64,000 nt of DNA from an uncultured Acidobacteriota bacterium. GTDB taxonomy: Bacteria > Acidobacteriota > Thermoanaerobaculia > Gp7-AA8. The stretch lies in NCBI GenBank assembly GCA_963741955.1, contig CAVUKB010000007.1, positions 288,001-352,000 of the forward strand, written 5' to 3'. Both the position numbers and the translations under genes were made by a program. This document shows positions 18,848 to 29,007 of this stretch, one piece after another. Position 1 is the stretch's first letter. The number at the start of each line of letters is the position of its first letter. The notes beneath the pieces were generated by a model, which did no database searches, was not told the DNA's origin, and was given only the letters and a program-made list of their open reading frames with translations.

Positions 18848-19978
18848 CTACGGTTCGAACGCGGCGGCGCGGAACATCACTCGGCGGGTCATCGCGTCGG
18901 GAACGATGCGGAGGACGGCGTTGCGTACGGCGCAGCCGAATGGCGACGCGCTCTGCGCGATCCGTCCGAACTTCCGCGACTGATCGGTGATCCACCTCGT
19001 CCGCGGGAAGCGTGCGTCTTCGTACTTTCGCAACGCTTGGGAGAGAGCGCTCTCTCGCGCGAGAGAGCGCGCGAGGACCAGCGCGCTCTCGATGGCCATG
19101 CAGGCGCCCTGCCCGAGGTTCGGAGTGGTGGCGTGGATCGCGTCGCCGAGGAGCACCGTGCGGCCGGACGACCATCCGCGATGCGGCGGGAGATCCTGGA
19201 TGTCGTTGTAGAGTATGGCGTCGGAAGGGGTGCGCTCGATCAGTTCGCGTACGGGCGCGTGCCACGACGAGAACCGCCGAAGCAGCTCGCTCCGGCTTTC
19301 ATCGGCGGACGGCGTGCGGCCGGACGGGAGGTTCGCCGTCGCGAACCAGTAAATGCGGTTCGCGTCGATCGCGACGATCCCGAAGCGCTCGCCGCATCCC
19401 CACGATTCGCTGCTCCCTTCCTCCACCAGCTCGGGGGCTTCCGCGACGCCGCGCCACGCGACGTAGCCGGAATCGCGGATCGTGAGATCGGGACGGACCG
19501 CGTGGCGCACCGCGGAGTGGATACCGTCGGCGCCGATGACGAGATCGTCCGTCACACGGGTGCCGTCCTCGAACGTCACCTCTCCTTTCGAGGCGGCGAC
19601 GCTCGTGCAGGAGTGCCCGAGGTGGAGCGATGTGCGAGGAACGGCGGCGAAAAGGATCTCGTGGAGGTCGGCGCGATGGATGGCGATGGTCGGTTCGCCG
19701 AACGTGCGCTCGATCTCCCCGGGAGCGGAGCGGGCGAGGACGCGGCCGTCGGTCGTGCGGAGTCGAGCGCGCTCGATTTTCTGTCCGCGCGCGATGATCG
19801 CGTCGGCGAGACCGAGTCTGCGCAAAACGCGGATGGCGTTCGGCCAGAGCGTGACGCCGGCGCCGGCGCCGCGGATCTCCGCGGCACGCTCATAGATGTC
19901 GGACTCGATTCCCTCCTGCCTGAGCGCGATCGCGGCAGTGAATCCGCCGATCCCGGCGCCGATGATCGTCGCGTGCAT
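18848..19978 (-). CDS. FAD-dependent monooxygenase (salicylate hydroxylase-like)
   Basis: IIGAGIGG, IGADGIHSAVR, LLGDAIHATTPNLGQGACMAIE. Confidence 0.93.
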   Translation of the reverse strand: MHATIIGAGIGGFTAAIALRQEGIESDIYERAAEIRGAGAGVTLWPNAIRVLRRLGLADAIIARGQKIERARLRTTDGRVLARSAPGEIERTFGEPTIAIHRADLHEILFAAVPRTSLHLGHSCTSVAASKGEVTFEDGTRVTDDLVIGADGIHSAVRHAVRPDLTIRDSGYVAWRGVAEAPELVEEGSSESWGCGERFGIVAIDANRIYWFATANLPSGRTPSADESRSELLRRFSSWHAPVRELIERTPSDAILYNDIQDLPPHRGWSSGRTVLLGDAIHATTPNLGQGACMAIESALVLARSLARESALSQALRKYEDARFPRTRWITDQSRKFGRIAQSASPFGCAVRNAVLRIVPDAMTRRVMFRAAAFEP

Positions 19979-20481
19979 CACGGGAGATTGTAAGGGTGGA
20001 TTCCGGATTTCGGTTTCGGGCGGCGAACGAGAAGCGCGCGAGAGATGTTCTCGTTCGAGCTCCCGCCGCAGCCAGCCGAACCCGAAACAGAACGCCGGGC
20101 CGAAGGCGTCCCTGGCTGGAGCCGGGGGTTGCGTCCGCCGGGCCGCCACCCCGGAAGCGAAGACACGATCATGAATTGCGCGCACCGCGGCAGCGGTGCC
20201 GCATCCACGTCGCCCGGCTCTTCAGCACCCGGAATTACAGGTCAGTGAGCACTGAGTGAAGATCCCGCTCATTGTGCGCACGCCAGGTTGGCGTTTGCGC
20301 AACATGCGTACTCGGCGGCCGTTGCGCTCTGGAAGAGATTCCCACGAGAATCATGGCGACGGCGAGCATCACGGCGCCGGAAGGGCAACGTCGTGGAGCC
20401 GTGCGCGCGAGCACACGGACACCCGATCGACCCGACCCGACGCTCGAATCCGACATCCGACTTCCGAAATTCGAAATCAAT

Positions 20482-20526
20482 ACGACAACGCCCGCCGGAA
20501 GGCTGTTTCGGCGGGCGCTGTGTCGT
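20482..20526. terminator. GC-rich hairpin after the ECF operon
   Basis: ACGACA-ACGCCCGCCG...CGGCGGGCG-CTGTGTCGT inverted repeat about 20 nt past the last stop; poor U-tract. Confidence 0.5.
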
Positions 20527-20548
20527 GTGAAGGAGAGGAGAGAGTCGT

Positions 20549-21235
20549 TCAGTCAGTTCGGGTTGCGGTCAGGACGAGCATCAGGATCCGCCCGCTCTGC
20601 GGTGAGCGGGATGCGCCGAGCACCAGGGTCTGCCCGGTGCGGAGATTGAGGGACGTGGTCAGAAGGTTCTCGATCTCTTCGCCTTTCGGAGTCTGCTGCT
20701 TCCGTCCGAGCCGGAAATCGGAGACTTGGAGCGAATCGGTCGAAAGATCATACTCACCGATGGTGAAGTCGGCGCGGTAGCCGTCGATGTTCGCCAGCAC
20801 CGGATCGCCTTCTTTCCCTTCCGCATTCAGCTCGCCGATTTTCTCGAACGAGTTGAAGCGGAGGACGCCGGAGAGCTTGTCGGCGATCTCGCGCAGATCT
20901 TCCGGGACCGGCTTCGACGATGCAGCGCGCGATGCGAGAACCAGCTTCACGGAGATCCGGAAAGTCCGCGGTTTGGTGTCGAACTGTTCGATCAGTGCGG
21001 AGATTTTCTTCAGGTTCTCGGGAAAGTCGGTGACGACCAGCCGATTCGTGTTCGACTGGATCGAGATCGACCCTTCGCTGCTGAGAAGCGGCTTGACTGC
21101 GGCCGCCGCGTTCTCCGCCGACTTGTACTGGAACGGGAACGCCCGCACTTCGAGCTTCTGTCCCGCGGCCCACGCTCCGCCGGCCATCGCCGAGAGGAGG
21201 AAAATCATTCCGATGATGCGAGTCACATTTTTCAT
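20549..21235 (-). CDS. Short secretin-like protein (one NolW/N3-like domain plus reduced beta-region)
   Basis: Signal peptide; FQYKSAENAAAAVKPLLS...TNRLVVTDFPENLKKISALIEQFD; C-terminal TTSLNLRTGQTLVLG; ATGA-coupled to the upstream gene. Confidence 0.7.
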   Translation of the reverse strand: MKNVTRIIGMIFLLSAMAGGAWAAGQKLEVRAFPFQYKSAENAAAAVKPLLSSEGSISIQSNTNRLVVTDFPENLKKISALIEQFDTKPRTFRISVKLVLASRAASSKPVPEDLREIADKLSGVLRFNSFEKIGELNAEGKEGDPVLANIDGYRADFTIGEYDLSTDSLQVSDFRLGRKQQTPKGEEIENLLTTSLNLRTGQTLVLGASRSPQSGRILMLVLTATRTD

Positions 21236-21753
21236 AAGTCCGCCGGAAGCGAGTCGTCGAACACCATGACGACTTGGATGTCTGATGCGTTCTGGACCGG
21301 GACCTCGACGATGGTCGCGCTGCTCGAGCGGTAGTTCTCCACGACCGGACGGGTCATGACCGGTGTCACCGCGGAGGTGGTCTGATGGGCGGCGATCTGA
21401 ACGGCCGGCCCGGGAACGGCGTCCGAAGGACTCGGTGCGTACGTCAGCGACGCAGCCACGATTCCGACGAAGAGCGCGGCCGCCGCGGACCAACGCCACA
21501 CCGGCGCGATCCGCCGGCGACCCTGGAGCTTCCGTTCGGTCGAGCGGACGTGGACCTCGGACATCACGTCCGAGACGAACGCGTCGACGCCGCCCGGGGG
21601 GATCAGTTCGTCGCCGCCGAGTGAGCGGAAGAGATAATCGGGATCGATCGCCACGGCGAATTCCAGGCACTCGTTGCAGGCGCGCAGGTGCGCGAGCATC
21701 TCCGGCGTCTGTTCGAACTTGCGGCAGAGCTCACGGAAGGCTACACAGTTCAT
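21232..21753 (-). CDS. Putative Zn-finger (HxxxCxxC) membrane anti-sigma factor
   Basis: MNC...HLRACNEC, single TM WSAAAALFVGIVAASL; ATGA overlap with the sigma gene. Confidence 0.8.
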   Translation of the reverse strand: MNCVAFRELCRKFEQTPEMLAHLRACNECLEFAVAIDPDYLFRSLGGDELIPPGGVDAFVSDVMSEVHVRSTERKLQGRRRIAPVWRWSAAAALFVGIVAASLTYAPSPSDAVPGPAVQIAAHQTTSAVTPVMTRPVVENYRSSSATIVEVPVQNASDIQVVMVFDDSLPADL

Positions 21754-22370
21754 GATTCCTCCCTCCAGAGCTTGGCGTATTCGGGATAACGAACCCGGAG
21801 TTGCTGCTGCATCACTTTTCTCGCGTTGAAGAGATGGTTGCGGACGGTCGATTCGCGGCAACCGAGGACCCGGGAGATCTCCGCGGAGGAGATGTCCTCC
21901 ATCTCCTTCATGACGAAAATCGCCTTCTGCTTCGGTGAGAGCGACTGCGAGATCTCGTCGAACACCGCCTGCACTTCCTTCTTCTGAAAGCGGACGGTCT
22001 GGTCGGCGTCGGTCGCTGTCTTCACCAGACGGAGATTCGAGTTCACCGCGTTGTCGCGCGACTGGCGGCTGCGGAGGAAGTCGATCGCGACATTGGTCGC
22101 CATCCGGTAGAGCCAGGTGTCGAACGCGAAGGAGGGGTCGTACTTGTCCAGGTTTTCCCATAGCTTGATGAAGACGAGCTGGGCGATGTCCCGAGCGTCC
22201 TCGGCGTTGTTGACCACCCGAAAGCAGACTCCGTAGACCTTCGAGGTCCTGGTGCGGACGATCGCTTCGAACGCGGCGGTATCGCCGCTCCGGGCCGCCT
22301 CGATCAGCTGCCGGTCATCGGACTGGGTCATTTCGCCGGGACTTTCCATCAGTTTCAGATTCGAGCGCAT
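21750..22370 (-). CDS. ECF RNA polymerase sigma factor
   Basis: DDRQLIEAARSGDTAAFE, DARDIAQLVFIKLW, FDTWLYRMATN, region 4 EISRVLGCRESTVRNHLFNAR; start uncertain. Confidence 0.93.
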   Translation of the reverse strand: MRSNLKLMESPGEMTQSDDRQLIEAARSGDTAAFEAIVRTRTSKVYGVCFRVVNNAEDARDIAQLVFIKLWENLDKYDPSFAFDTWLYRMATNVAIDFLRSRQSRDNAVNSNLRLVKTATDADQTVRFQKKEVQAVFDEISQSLSPKQKAIFVMKEMEDISSAEISRVLGCRESTVRNHLFNARKVMQQQLRVRYPEYAKLWREES

Positions 22371-22564
22371 TCCAACCCGATATACGGGTGGACCCGAAAA
22401 AACGTCTATTCCGCCGGGGCCGGTCTTCCCGGGGTGCAGGAGACCGCCACCGAGATGCCGGACGGAAGCAGAACCGGATATTGGACGTGTTCCATCTTCC
22501 CACGGTTCTTGCGCCCGCACTCCGTCTGCGCCTAGAATCGCGTAAATCTCGGTTCGAGGGCAAG

Positions 22565-23851
22565 ATGCGCGTATTGGTGGTCGGTCAGGGAGGTCGGGAG
22601 CATGCCATCTGCTGGAAGCTCCGGCAGTCTCCCACGGTGAAGGAGCTCTATGCTGCTCCGGGCAATGCAGGAATCGCTTCGGTGGCGGACTGCGTCCCGA
22701 TCGGGGTGGCGGACATCATCGAGCTCGCCGACTTCGCCGAGAAACTGAAGATGGATCTGACGGTGGTCGGGCCGGAGCTTCCGCTCACGCTCGGGATCGT
22801 GGACGAATTCCGGAAACGCGGGCTCTGCATCATGGGGCCGACCCAGCGCGCGGCAGAGCTCGAAGGCTCGAAGGTCTTCTCCAAGGAGTTCATGAAGAAA
22901 TACGACATCCCGACCGCGGATGCCGTGATCTGCAACTCGGCGGACGAGGCGTCGCAGCACCTGAAAAAACGGAAATTTCCGTGCGTGCTCAAAGTCGACG
23001 GGCTCGCGGCCGGGAAGGGCGTGCTGGTGGCGTCGAACCGTGCCGAAGCAGACGAGTTCCTCAATCTCGTCTTCGCCGAGAGGAAATTCGGGAATGCCGC
23101 AGACCGAGTCCTGATCGAGGACTGCCTCACCGGTGAGGAAGTCTCGTTCATGGTGCTGACCGACGGGAAGAAGATCGTCCCGCTCGCTCCCGCGAAGGAC
23201 TACAAGAAAGCATTCGACGGCGACGAGGGACCGAACACGGGCGGGATGGGCTCTCACTCTCCGGCGGTGGTACTCCCCGCGGAAGCGGCTGCCGAGATCA
23301 TGCGGAAAATCGTGATCCCGACCATCCAGGGGATGGAAGCGGAAGGCCGGACCTACTCCGGATGTCTCTACGTCGGTCTGATGCTCACGCCCGACGGGCC
23401 GAAGGCGCTCGAGTACAACTGCCGGTTCGGCGATCCCGAAACGCAGTCGCAGATGTTGCGGTTGGAGGACGACCTGGCGGATGTGTTTCTCCGGGTCGCG
23501 AGAGGATCGCTCGGCGACACGAAGCTGACGTGGCGGAAAGAGGCGGCCGCGTGCGTGGTGCTGGCCGCCGAAGGCTATCCCGGCGACTACCGGAAAGGAG
23601 CGGAAGTGACGATCGATCCGATCGAAGACGACTCGGTCGTGATCTTCCATTCCGGGATCGTGAACGAGGACGGGAGGATGGTCACGGTAGGTGGTCGCGT
23701 GGCGAGCGTCTGCGCCCGCGCGGCGACGCTCACGGAAGCGCTCGGCAAGGCGTACGGAGCAATCTCCAGGATCCATTTTGAAGGGATGCGCTACCGCACC
23801 GACATCGGATATCGTGCACTCGAGCAGCGGAAAGCGGCTGCCTCGGAGTAA
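22565..23851 (+). CDS. purD: Phosphoribosylamine-glycine ligase
   Basis: MRVLVVGQGGREHA, APGNAG, VVGPE, DGLAAGKGV, GPNTGGMG, EYNCRFGDPETQ, YRTDIG. Confidence 0.98.
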   Translation: MRVLVVGQGGREHAICWKLRQSPTVKELYAAPGNAGIASVADCVPIGVADIIELADFAEKLKMDLTVVGPELPLTLGIVDEFRKRGLCIMGPTQRAAELEGSKVFSKEFMKKYDIPTADAVICNSADEASQHLKKRKFPCVLKVDGLAAGKGVLVASNRAEADEFLNLVFAERKFGNAADRVLIEDCLTGEEVSFMVLTDGKKIVPLAPAKDYKKAFDGDEGPNTGGMGSHSPAVVLPAEAAAEIMRKIVIPTIQGMEAEGRTYSGCLYVGLMLTPDGPKALEYNCRFGDPETQSQMLRLEDDLADVFLRVARGSLGDTKLTWRKEAAACVVLAAEGYPGDYRKGAEVTIDPIEDDSVVIFHSGIVNEDGRMVTVGGRVASVCARAATLTEALGKAYGAISRIHFEGMRYRTDIGYRALEQRKAAASE

Positions 23852-24038
23852 GACGTGGGTCGCGGCTTTCTGCCGTGACGGAACTTCTACGGACATCCCG
23901 GAGAGAACGGCAGGGGCGATCTGTCGTGAAGAATCGTTGCGACGGCGGCATCCGTTGCGCACGTAGCCCGGAGTTCTCACACCTCTTCGCAAACGAGACG
24001 GCGTGAGCAATCCAGACGAGATCAGCAGGAGGTCGAGA

Positions 24039-24548
24039 GTGGCAAAGCCTTGGGTTTGCATCGTGATGGGAAGTGATTCGGACGCGCCGGTGATGTCGAG
24101 GACCGCCGACGTGCTGGAAGAGCTCGGAGTTCCATTCGAGATGACGGTGACCTCGGCGCACCGGACGCCGGCGCGCACCGAGGAGATCATCCGCGGTGCA
24201 GAAGCGAATGGAGCCGCGGTTTTCGTGGCTGGCGCGGGAGGGGCAGCGCATCTGCCCGGAGTCGTCGCCGCGTTCACCACCAGGCCGGTGATCGGTGTGC
24301 CGCTGGTCTCGGGATCGCTGCAGGGACTCGATTCGCTGCTGGCGATCGTGCAGATGCCGGGAGGGATTCCGGTGGCGACGGTGGCGATCGGTCCGGCCGG
24401 GGCGAAGAACGCCGGGATTCTCGCGGCGGAGATGCTCGCGATCTCGGACGACACGCTGGCGAAAAGGCTGACCGACTGGCGGAGCGAGATGCGCGAGCAG
24501 GTGGAACAGAAGGCTGCGAAGGTGGAGCGGAAGACGACCGGGCGCTGA
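24039..24548 (+). CDS. purE: N5-CAIR mutase
   Basis: IVMGSDSD, SAHRTP, AGAGGAAHLPGV, VQMPGGIPVATV; AGGAGG SD before GTG. Confidence 0.97.
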   Translation: MAKPWVCIVMGSDSDAPVMSRTADVLEELGVPFEMTVTSAHRTPARTEEIIRGAEANGAAVFVAGAGGAAHLPGVVAAFTTRPVIGVPLVSGSLQGLDSLLAIVQMPGGIPVATVAIGPAGAKNAGILAAEMLAISDDTLAKRLTDWRSEMREQVEQKAAKVERKTTGR

Positions 24549-24736
24549 CGGTTGCCGCCCGGGAGACTGCGCGTCTGACCGCAGGCGTTCTCTCGATGCG
24601 CGTCGAACACGCTCCGCGTGGGGGATCGCAGATCCGCACTTCCGGTACGGTTCGAACACCGTCCAGGCCGCGGACTGCGGGCCAGAGCGGGCGACACTTC
24701 GGGAAGATTCTTCCCGTCCCCGCGTTTGCTGAAACG

Positions 24737-25699
24737 ATGGCGCACACACATTCGCACGCACTTCCGGACGGCGCAGACGTGAGCCGGAAGCTCGTGGTGT
24801 CGACCGTCGCGACGACGCTGTTCGTCGGTGCGGAGCTCGGGATCGGGATCTTCGCCAATTCGCTCGCGCTGATCGGCGATGCGTTTCACAACTTCACCGA
24901 CGCGCTCGCGCTTCTTCTCGCGCTCCTCGCCATCATTCTGCAGAAGCGGGCCCCGACGCGGTCGAAGTCGTTCGGGTATCAGCGAGCCGGGTTTCTCGCC
25001 GCATTCGTGAATGCGGGAACGCTCGTCGCGTTCACGGTTTTCATCCTGATCGAGGCGTGGCGGCGATTCCGCCAACCCGAGCCGGTGGACAGCTTCTGGA
25101 TGCTGGTCACCGCGGGAGTTGCAATCGTCCTGAACAGCGGCATCACTCTGTGGCTTCGCAGTGAGGGGAAGAAGGACATCAACATCCGCGGTGCGGCGAT
25201 CCACATGATGGGCGATGCCCTCTCGGCGGTGGGCATCGTGATCGCCGCGATCCTGATGCGGAGCACCGGCTCGACGATCTACGACCCGATCGTCTCGGTG
25301 ATCATCGGCGTGCTGATCCTCTGGAGCTCGTGGGGCGTGCTTCGTGAGACGGTCAATCTTCTGCTGGAGGGAGTGCCGAACGGAATCGATCCGGACGCGG
25401 TCGCCCAGGACATCGCCTCGATGGAGGGAATCCAGGGAGTGCACCACGTGCACATCTGGGCGATCGGTCCGTCCCGGCCGGCGCTCTCGTGTCACCTCCT
25501 TCTCGGAGACATCTCACTTCGCACCGCTGCGGTGATCCGGGAGAGACTGAACGAGATGCTCGCTGCGCGTTACGAGATCGAGCACACCACGTTTCAGTTC
25601 GAGCACGCCGGCTGCCCGGAAGACAACCCGTATTGTCTGATCTACGAGGACGAAGATCCGCAGCCGCCCGCGGAGACCCGCGGGATCAGCGGAACGTGA
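24737..25699 (+). CDS. Cation diffusion facilitator (CzcD/ZitB-like Zn/Co/Cd exporter)
   Basis: HTHSH, SLALIGDAFHNFTD, SFGYQR, IHMMGD, VHHVHIW, HTTFQFE. Confidence 0.95.
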   Translation: MAHTHSHALPDGADVSRKLVVSTVATTLFVGAELGIGIFANSLALIGDAFHNFTDALALLLALLAIILQKRAPTRSKSFGYQRAGFLAAFVNAGTLVAFTVFILIEAWRRFRQPEPVDSFWMLVTAGVAIVLNSGITLWLRSEGKKDINIRGAAIHMMGDALSAVGIVIAAILMRSTGSTIYDPIVSVIIGVLILWSSWGVLRETVNLLLEGVPNGIDPDAVAQDIASMEGIQGVHHVHIWAIGPSRPALSCHLLLGDISLRTAAVIRERLNEMLAARYEIEHTTFQFEHAGCPEDNPYCLIYEDEDPQPPAETRGISGT

Positions 25700-27470
25700 A
25701 TCCCTCCGGGTACGTGAATCCAACCGTCACTCTCTGGACTCCGTGCTGGAGGACCGTCGCGAGATCGGGGATGACGGCGAAGAACGGCCGGAGGTCGATC
25801 GCGTTTCCCACCAGTTGGGATCCGACGACCCGGCAGTAATCTCCTCGCCGCAGGATGTCCGTCGGCCGCCGATAGCGGACGCCGGGATACATGGTGGAGA
25901 TCTCGCCGCGGCTTTCGCGTGAGGGTTTCTGCATCCAGGTCTTGGTGTAGGAGTCGACTTCGAGCTCCTCGCTCCCGACCCTTCCCTGAGCGTCGTACGC
26001 GAAACCGACCGTGGCGCTCCATTCCGTCTTCGGAGAGCCCGCCGCCGGATAGCCGGTGTAGCCGCCGTGGAGCGCCACGCTCGCGAGCGAGTCTCCGTTC
26101 CACGTGAGATCGGCGGTCATCTCGATGGCGTCGCCGCATGCGGCGGTGTTGACGTAGGAGGAGCGGAGCTGGAGGATCCGTCCCTTCTCGTCGTAGGAGT
26201 ATCGATTCGTGTAGCGTTGTCCTTCGATGACCAGGTTCTCGCGGTCGAGCAGCCAGGTACCTCCGCTTCCGGGGTGCGCGACGAAATCGAGGATCTCACC
26301 GCTGCCGTGATCGAGGACGCTCTCGAGGTACTCGCCCTGCCGGAGCTCGACCTCGGTTGTGCCACTGCCTCGTGAAGCGAGAACGTCGCCGTCGTACGTC
26401 CATCCGTCCGCGATGCGCTGCTGCTGGATGGCGCGACGGCGGGGGGGGGTGTACTTGATGGCGTCGAGGAAGTTGCCGCCCTGAAGCTGGCAGGCGAGCT
26501 CCTCGTTCCGCGCCACGCGCCCGTCGCTGTAGAAACTGGTGCGCGTGGCGGATGCCCCGGTGCCGCATGCCCGGGTGTTGAAAAGAGACGAGGCGGTGAG
26601 GAAGGGGCCATGCCAGCAGTGCGGGCACCACATCGCACCGATCGGAAGCTTGTAGCCACAGAAGGGACAGACCATCTTCGTGCGCGAGTCGTCGAGCTCG
26701 CGCTCGAGGGCGAAGATCCGCTGGTCGACTTCGCTCTTGTCCGTGGCCGACGGGTCGGTCGCGAGATAACGCCGATAGCGTTCCGTCGCCTTCAGGAAAT
26801 CGCCTTCACGCTCGTAGGCGATGGCCTGGTTGTAAGAGATCGCAGGGTCATCCGGATGCTGCTGCTCGGCGCGCTGAAACACTTCGAGCGCCTGCTCGAC
26901 GTCGCCGTGCGCGAGGAGAAACCGCCCCCGGTTGAAGAGCTCGAGATAATCGTGATCGATCTGCTGTTTCTTCTGCAGTTCGCGCTGCCAGTCGAGCTCG
27001 AGCTGCAGCTTCTTCACGTTGTCGGCTTCCGCGCCCTGGGGAAAGATGGTCAGATAACGTTCGATGCGCACCTGAGCGTCGGCGATGCGGCCGAGCCGGG
27101 TGAGGGCGAGCGCCGAGTCGTAGAGGAGCGCCGGCTGGTCGGGGAGAATCTGATCGGCCTTCTCGAACTGTTCGAGTGCGGAAGCGTAGTCTCCGATCTC
27201 GAAGAACTTCTTTCCGAAGTAGACCGCGCGCTGGTATTCGTCGCGGATGTCGCTGGCGTTCTGCGCCGGGCCGGCCGCCGTCGCCGGAGGGGTCACCTGC
27301 GCCGGCTGGACCGCGTCGGTGGTCCGGGCGGGGACAGGTCTGCAGATCAGGAGCGCGAGGAGGATTCCAGCCGCGAGAGCGAGCTCGGAGCGGCTCGACG
27401 CGATCGCCCATCCTTTCCTGAAACCACATGCATCCCGAACATCGGCGGAGGGGGCGGCGTTTCGTGACAT
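25686..27470 (-). CDS. Exported TPR plus double CxxC Zn-ribbon plus YD/Rhs-like beta-domain protein
   Basis: Two TPR clusters, CPFCG...CPHC, YSYDEKGRI and FAYDAQGRV motifs; hydrophobic signal-like stretch; start uncertain. Confidence 0.7.
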   Translation of the reverse strand: MSRNAAPSADVRDACGFRKGWAIASSRSELALAAGILLALLICRPVPARTTDAVQPAQVTPPATAAGPAQNASDIRDEYQRAVYFGKKFFEIGDYASALEQFEKADQILPDQPALLYDSALALTRLGRIADAQVRIERYLTIFPQGAEADNVKKLQLELDWQRELQKKQQIDHDYLELFNRGRFLLAHGDVEQALEVFQRAEQQHPDDPAISYNQAIAYEREGDFLKATERYRRYLATDPSATDKSEVDQRIFALERELDDSRTKMVCPFCGYKLPIGAMWCPHCWHGPFLTASSLFNTRACGTGASATRTSFYSDGRVARNEELACQLQGGNFLDAIKYTPPRRRAIQQQRIADGWTYDGDVLASRGSGTTEVELRQGEYLESVLDHGSGEILDFVAHPGSGGTWLLDRENLVIEGQRYTNRYSYDEKGRILQLRSSYVNTAACGDAIEMTADLTWNGDSLASVALHGGYTGYPAAGSPKTEWSATVGFAYDAQGRVGSEELEVDSYTKTWMQKPSRESRGEISTMYPGVRYRRPTDILRRGDYCRVVGSQLVGNAIDLRPFFAVIPDLATVLQHGVQRVTVGFTYPEGFTFR

Positions 27471-27487
27471 CGGCACTCTCTTCCTGC

Positions 27488-28705
27488 TCACTTCTGGAGG
27501 CTCTCGTCGATCAGATTCGCGAGCCACGACTGCTGGCTCGCAGTGAGTGAAGGATTTCTCGCGAGCACCAGGTACATCGCGGCCTTGCGTTGCTCCGCGG
27601 TATATCGTCCGGTCGAATCGCGGAGTACGGCGATCGGATCGTCGGCGACGTTCGAGGGCCACTCGATCACGATGTCGTTCGCGTCCCCGACCGCCCAGTG
27701 GCTGGCGACGTCGGCGCCGAAGAGCGCTGACACCAGTTGGAGCCGCGACGTCTCGTCGCGTGCGGCACCCGACATCCGGGCGAGACGGCTTCGCGCTCCG
27801 GCGACGTCGGTGAGCGTTCGCAGATTGGAAAGAAGCTGGAGGCGTTGCATCGCTGCTTCGAGGATTTTTGCCTTCGACGTTGCCTCGGTCATCGCATTCG
27901 CCGCCTGGAGAATCCGTTGAACCCGCGAGGTCTCGAATTCGACGAACGGATCCGCATCCTCGTCCGGCGCACTCGAGGCTGCAACGCTTTCCTCAGGAGC
28001 CGCGGCAGCAGTGGCACGCGCAGTGAGGATCGCCTGAACTTCCTCTTCCGTCGGAATGGGGATCTCGAGAAGCGTGAGATCGGATCCTCCGGGAATGGTG
28101 CTCGTGGTCTCACTGCCGATCGCGGTCTCCTTGAGAGCCGATTCGCTCAGCGGCTGTGCGCCGGCCGGGGGGAGCGTATCCGGAAGCGGCGCGGTCATGG
28201 GCCAGATCTCCGTGCCGATGGTCGAGGCTTCACCGGCGAGCGCGCGGACCACGCTCGAATCGGAAGCGAGTCCCGCGTCGAGGAGATCCTCGCGAAGATC
28301 CGCCAGGAACTGCTGCCGCAATCGCACCTGAGCCATCCGATGTGCATCGTCGAGAAAGTACGGGTTCGCCTGCACCACGGTCATGTCGCAATGACACGGA
28401 CCGAAACGGTCGGGCTGAATGCGCGACTTCGGCTGCGTTTGTCTGATCGCGGCGATCGCGGCCTGGTTTTCCGCCATCTCCGCGGCTCTCGATTTCTCGC
28501 ACGCTGCCTGCGACGCGAATGCGTTCACCCCGAAGAGCTCGACCGGGCGGTTGCTCTCGGAGCTCCAGGCGAGGATGTGGTAGTGGGAGACAGGGCACCC
28601 TTCGGGAGGTGTGCCCCCCGCCGGACAGACCAGGGTCTGGGCAGCGGCCGCGGTGGCGAAGAGCAGAAGAGGGATGACCCCCGCAGCGCTTTTTCTGAAA
28701 GGCAT
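27488..28705 (-). CDS. Secreted hypothetical protein with Cys-rich N-terminal domain
   Basis: Signal peptide ending ATAAAAQ; CPAGGTPPEGC...GPCHCD; helical C-terminus; TATAAT upstream. Confidence 0.7.
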   Translation of the reverse strand: MPFRKSAAGVIPLLLFATAAAAQTLVCPAGGTPPEGCPVSHYHILAWSSESNRPVELFGVNAFASQAACEKSRAAEMAENQAAIAAIRQTQPKSRIQPDRFGPCHCDMTVVQANPYFLDDAHRMAQVRLRQQFLADLREDLLDAGLASDSSVVRALAGEASTIGTEIWPMTAPLPDTLPPAGAQPLSESALKETAIGSETTSTIPGGSDLTLLEIPIPTEEEVQAILTARATAAAAPEESVAASSAPDEDADPFVEFETSRVQRILQAANAMTEATSKAKILEAAMQRLQLLSNLRTLTDVAGARSRLARMSGAARDETSRLQLVSALFGADVASHWAVGDANDIVIEWPSNVADDPIAVLRDSTGRYTAEQRKAAMYLVLARNPSLTASQQSWLANLIDESLQK

Positions 28706-29007
28706 TCGAAGACCTCGGAGAGCGAGATGCATCGATTATAGCGCCGCGGCTTCGAGCGAGGCGGAGGAGAGCGATGTTCAGGGTCGGAGGTGGCGGAACG
28801 CCGCATCGCGGAGATGAGCGAGCAGGGAGCGTGGGGCGCCGCGGCTTCTGCCGCGACGGCAGGGCGGAAGCCGTGCCGGCTCCTCCTTGAACTCACGAAC
28901 GGATGCCGAGACTTCATCACGGCGGAAGCGGTGCCGTCCCGTTGCGGCACCGCTGAACGAACTCGCTCTCACTGCTCCAATTTCTGCCGACCGACGTTTC
29001 TACCGCG

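Noticed and set aside
20190-20440. Gene or ncRNA between the monooxygenase and the ECF operon
   Set aside because: No convincing start, family motif or fold; left unannotated.
22400-22560. Purine or ZTP riboswitch upstream of purD
   Set aside because: A small hairpin is present but I could not match conserved aptamer motifs; an Rfam scan would settle it.
22532-25495. 987-aa antisense ORF and similar long shadows (1186-2367, 37493-39814, 48338-50077, 52395-54698)
   Set aside because: They overlap well-supported genes and are typical stop-poor alternative frames of high-GC DNA.
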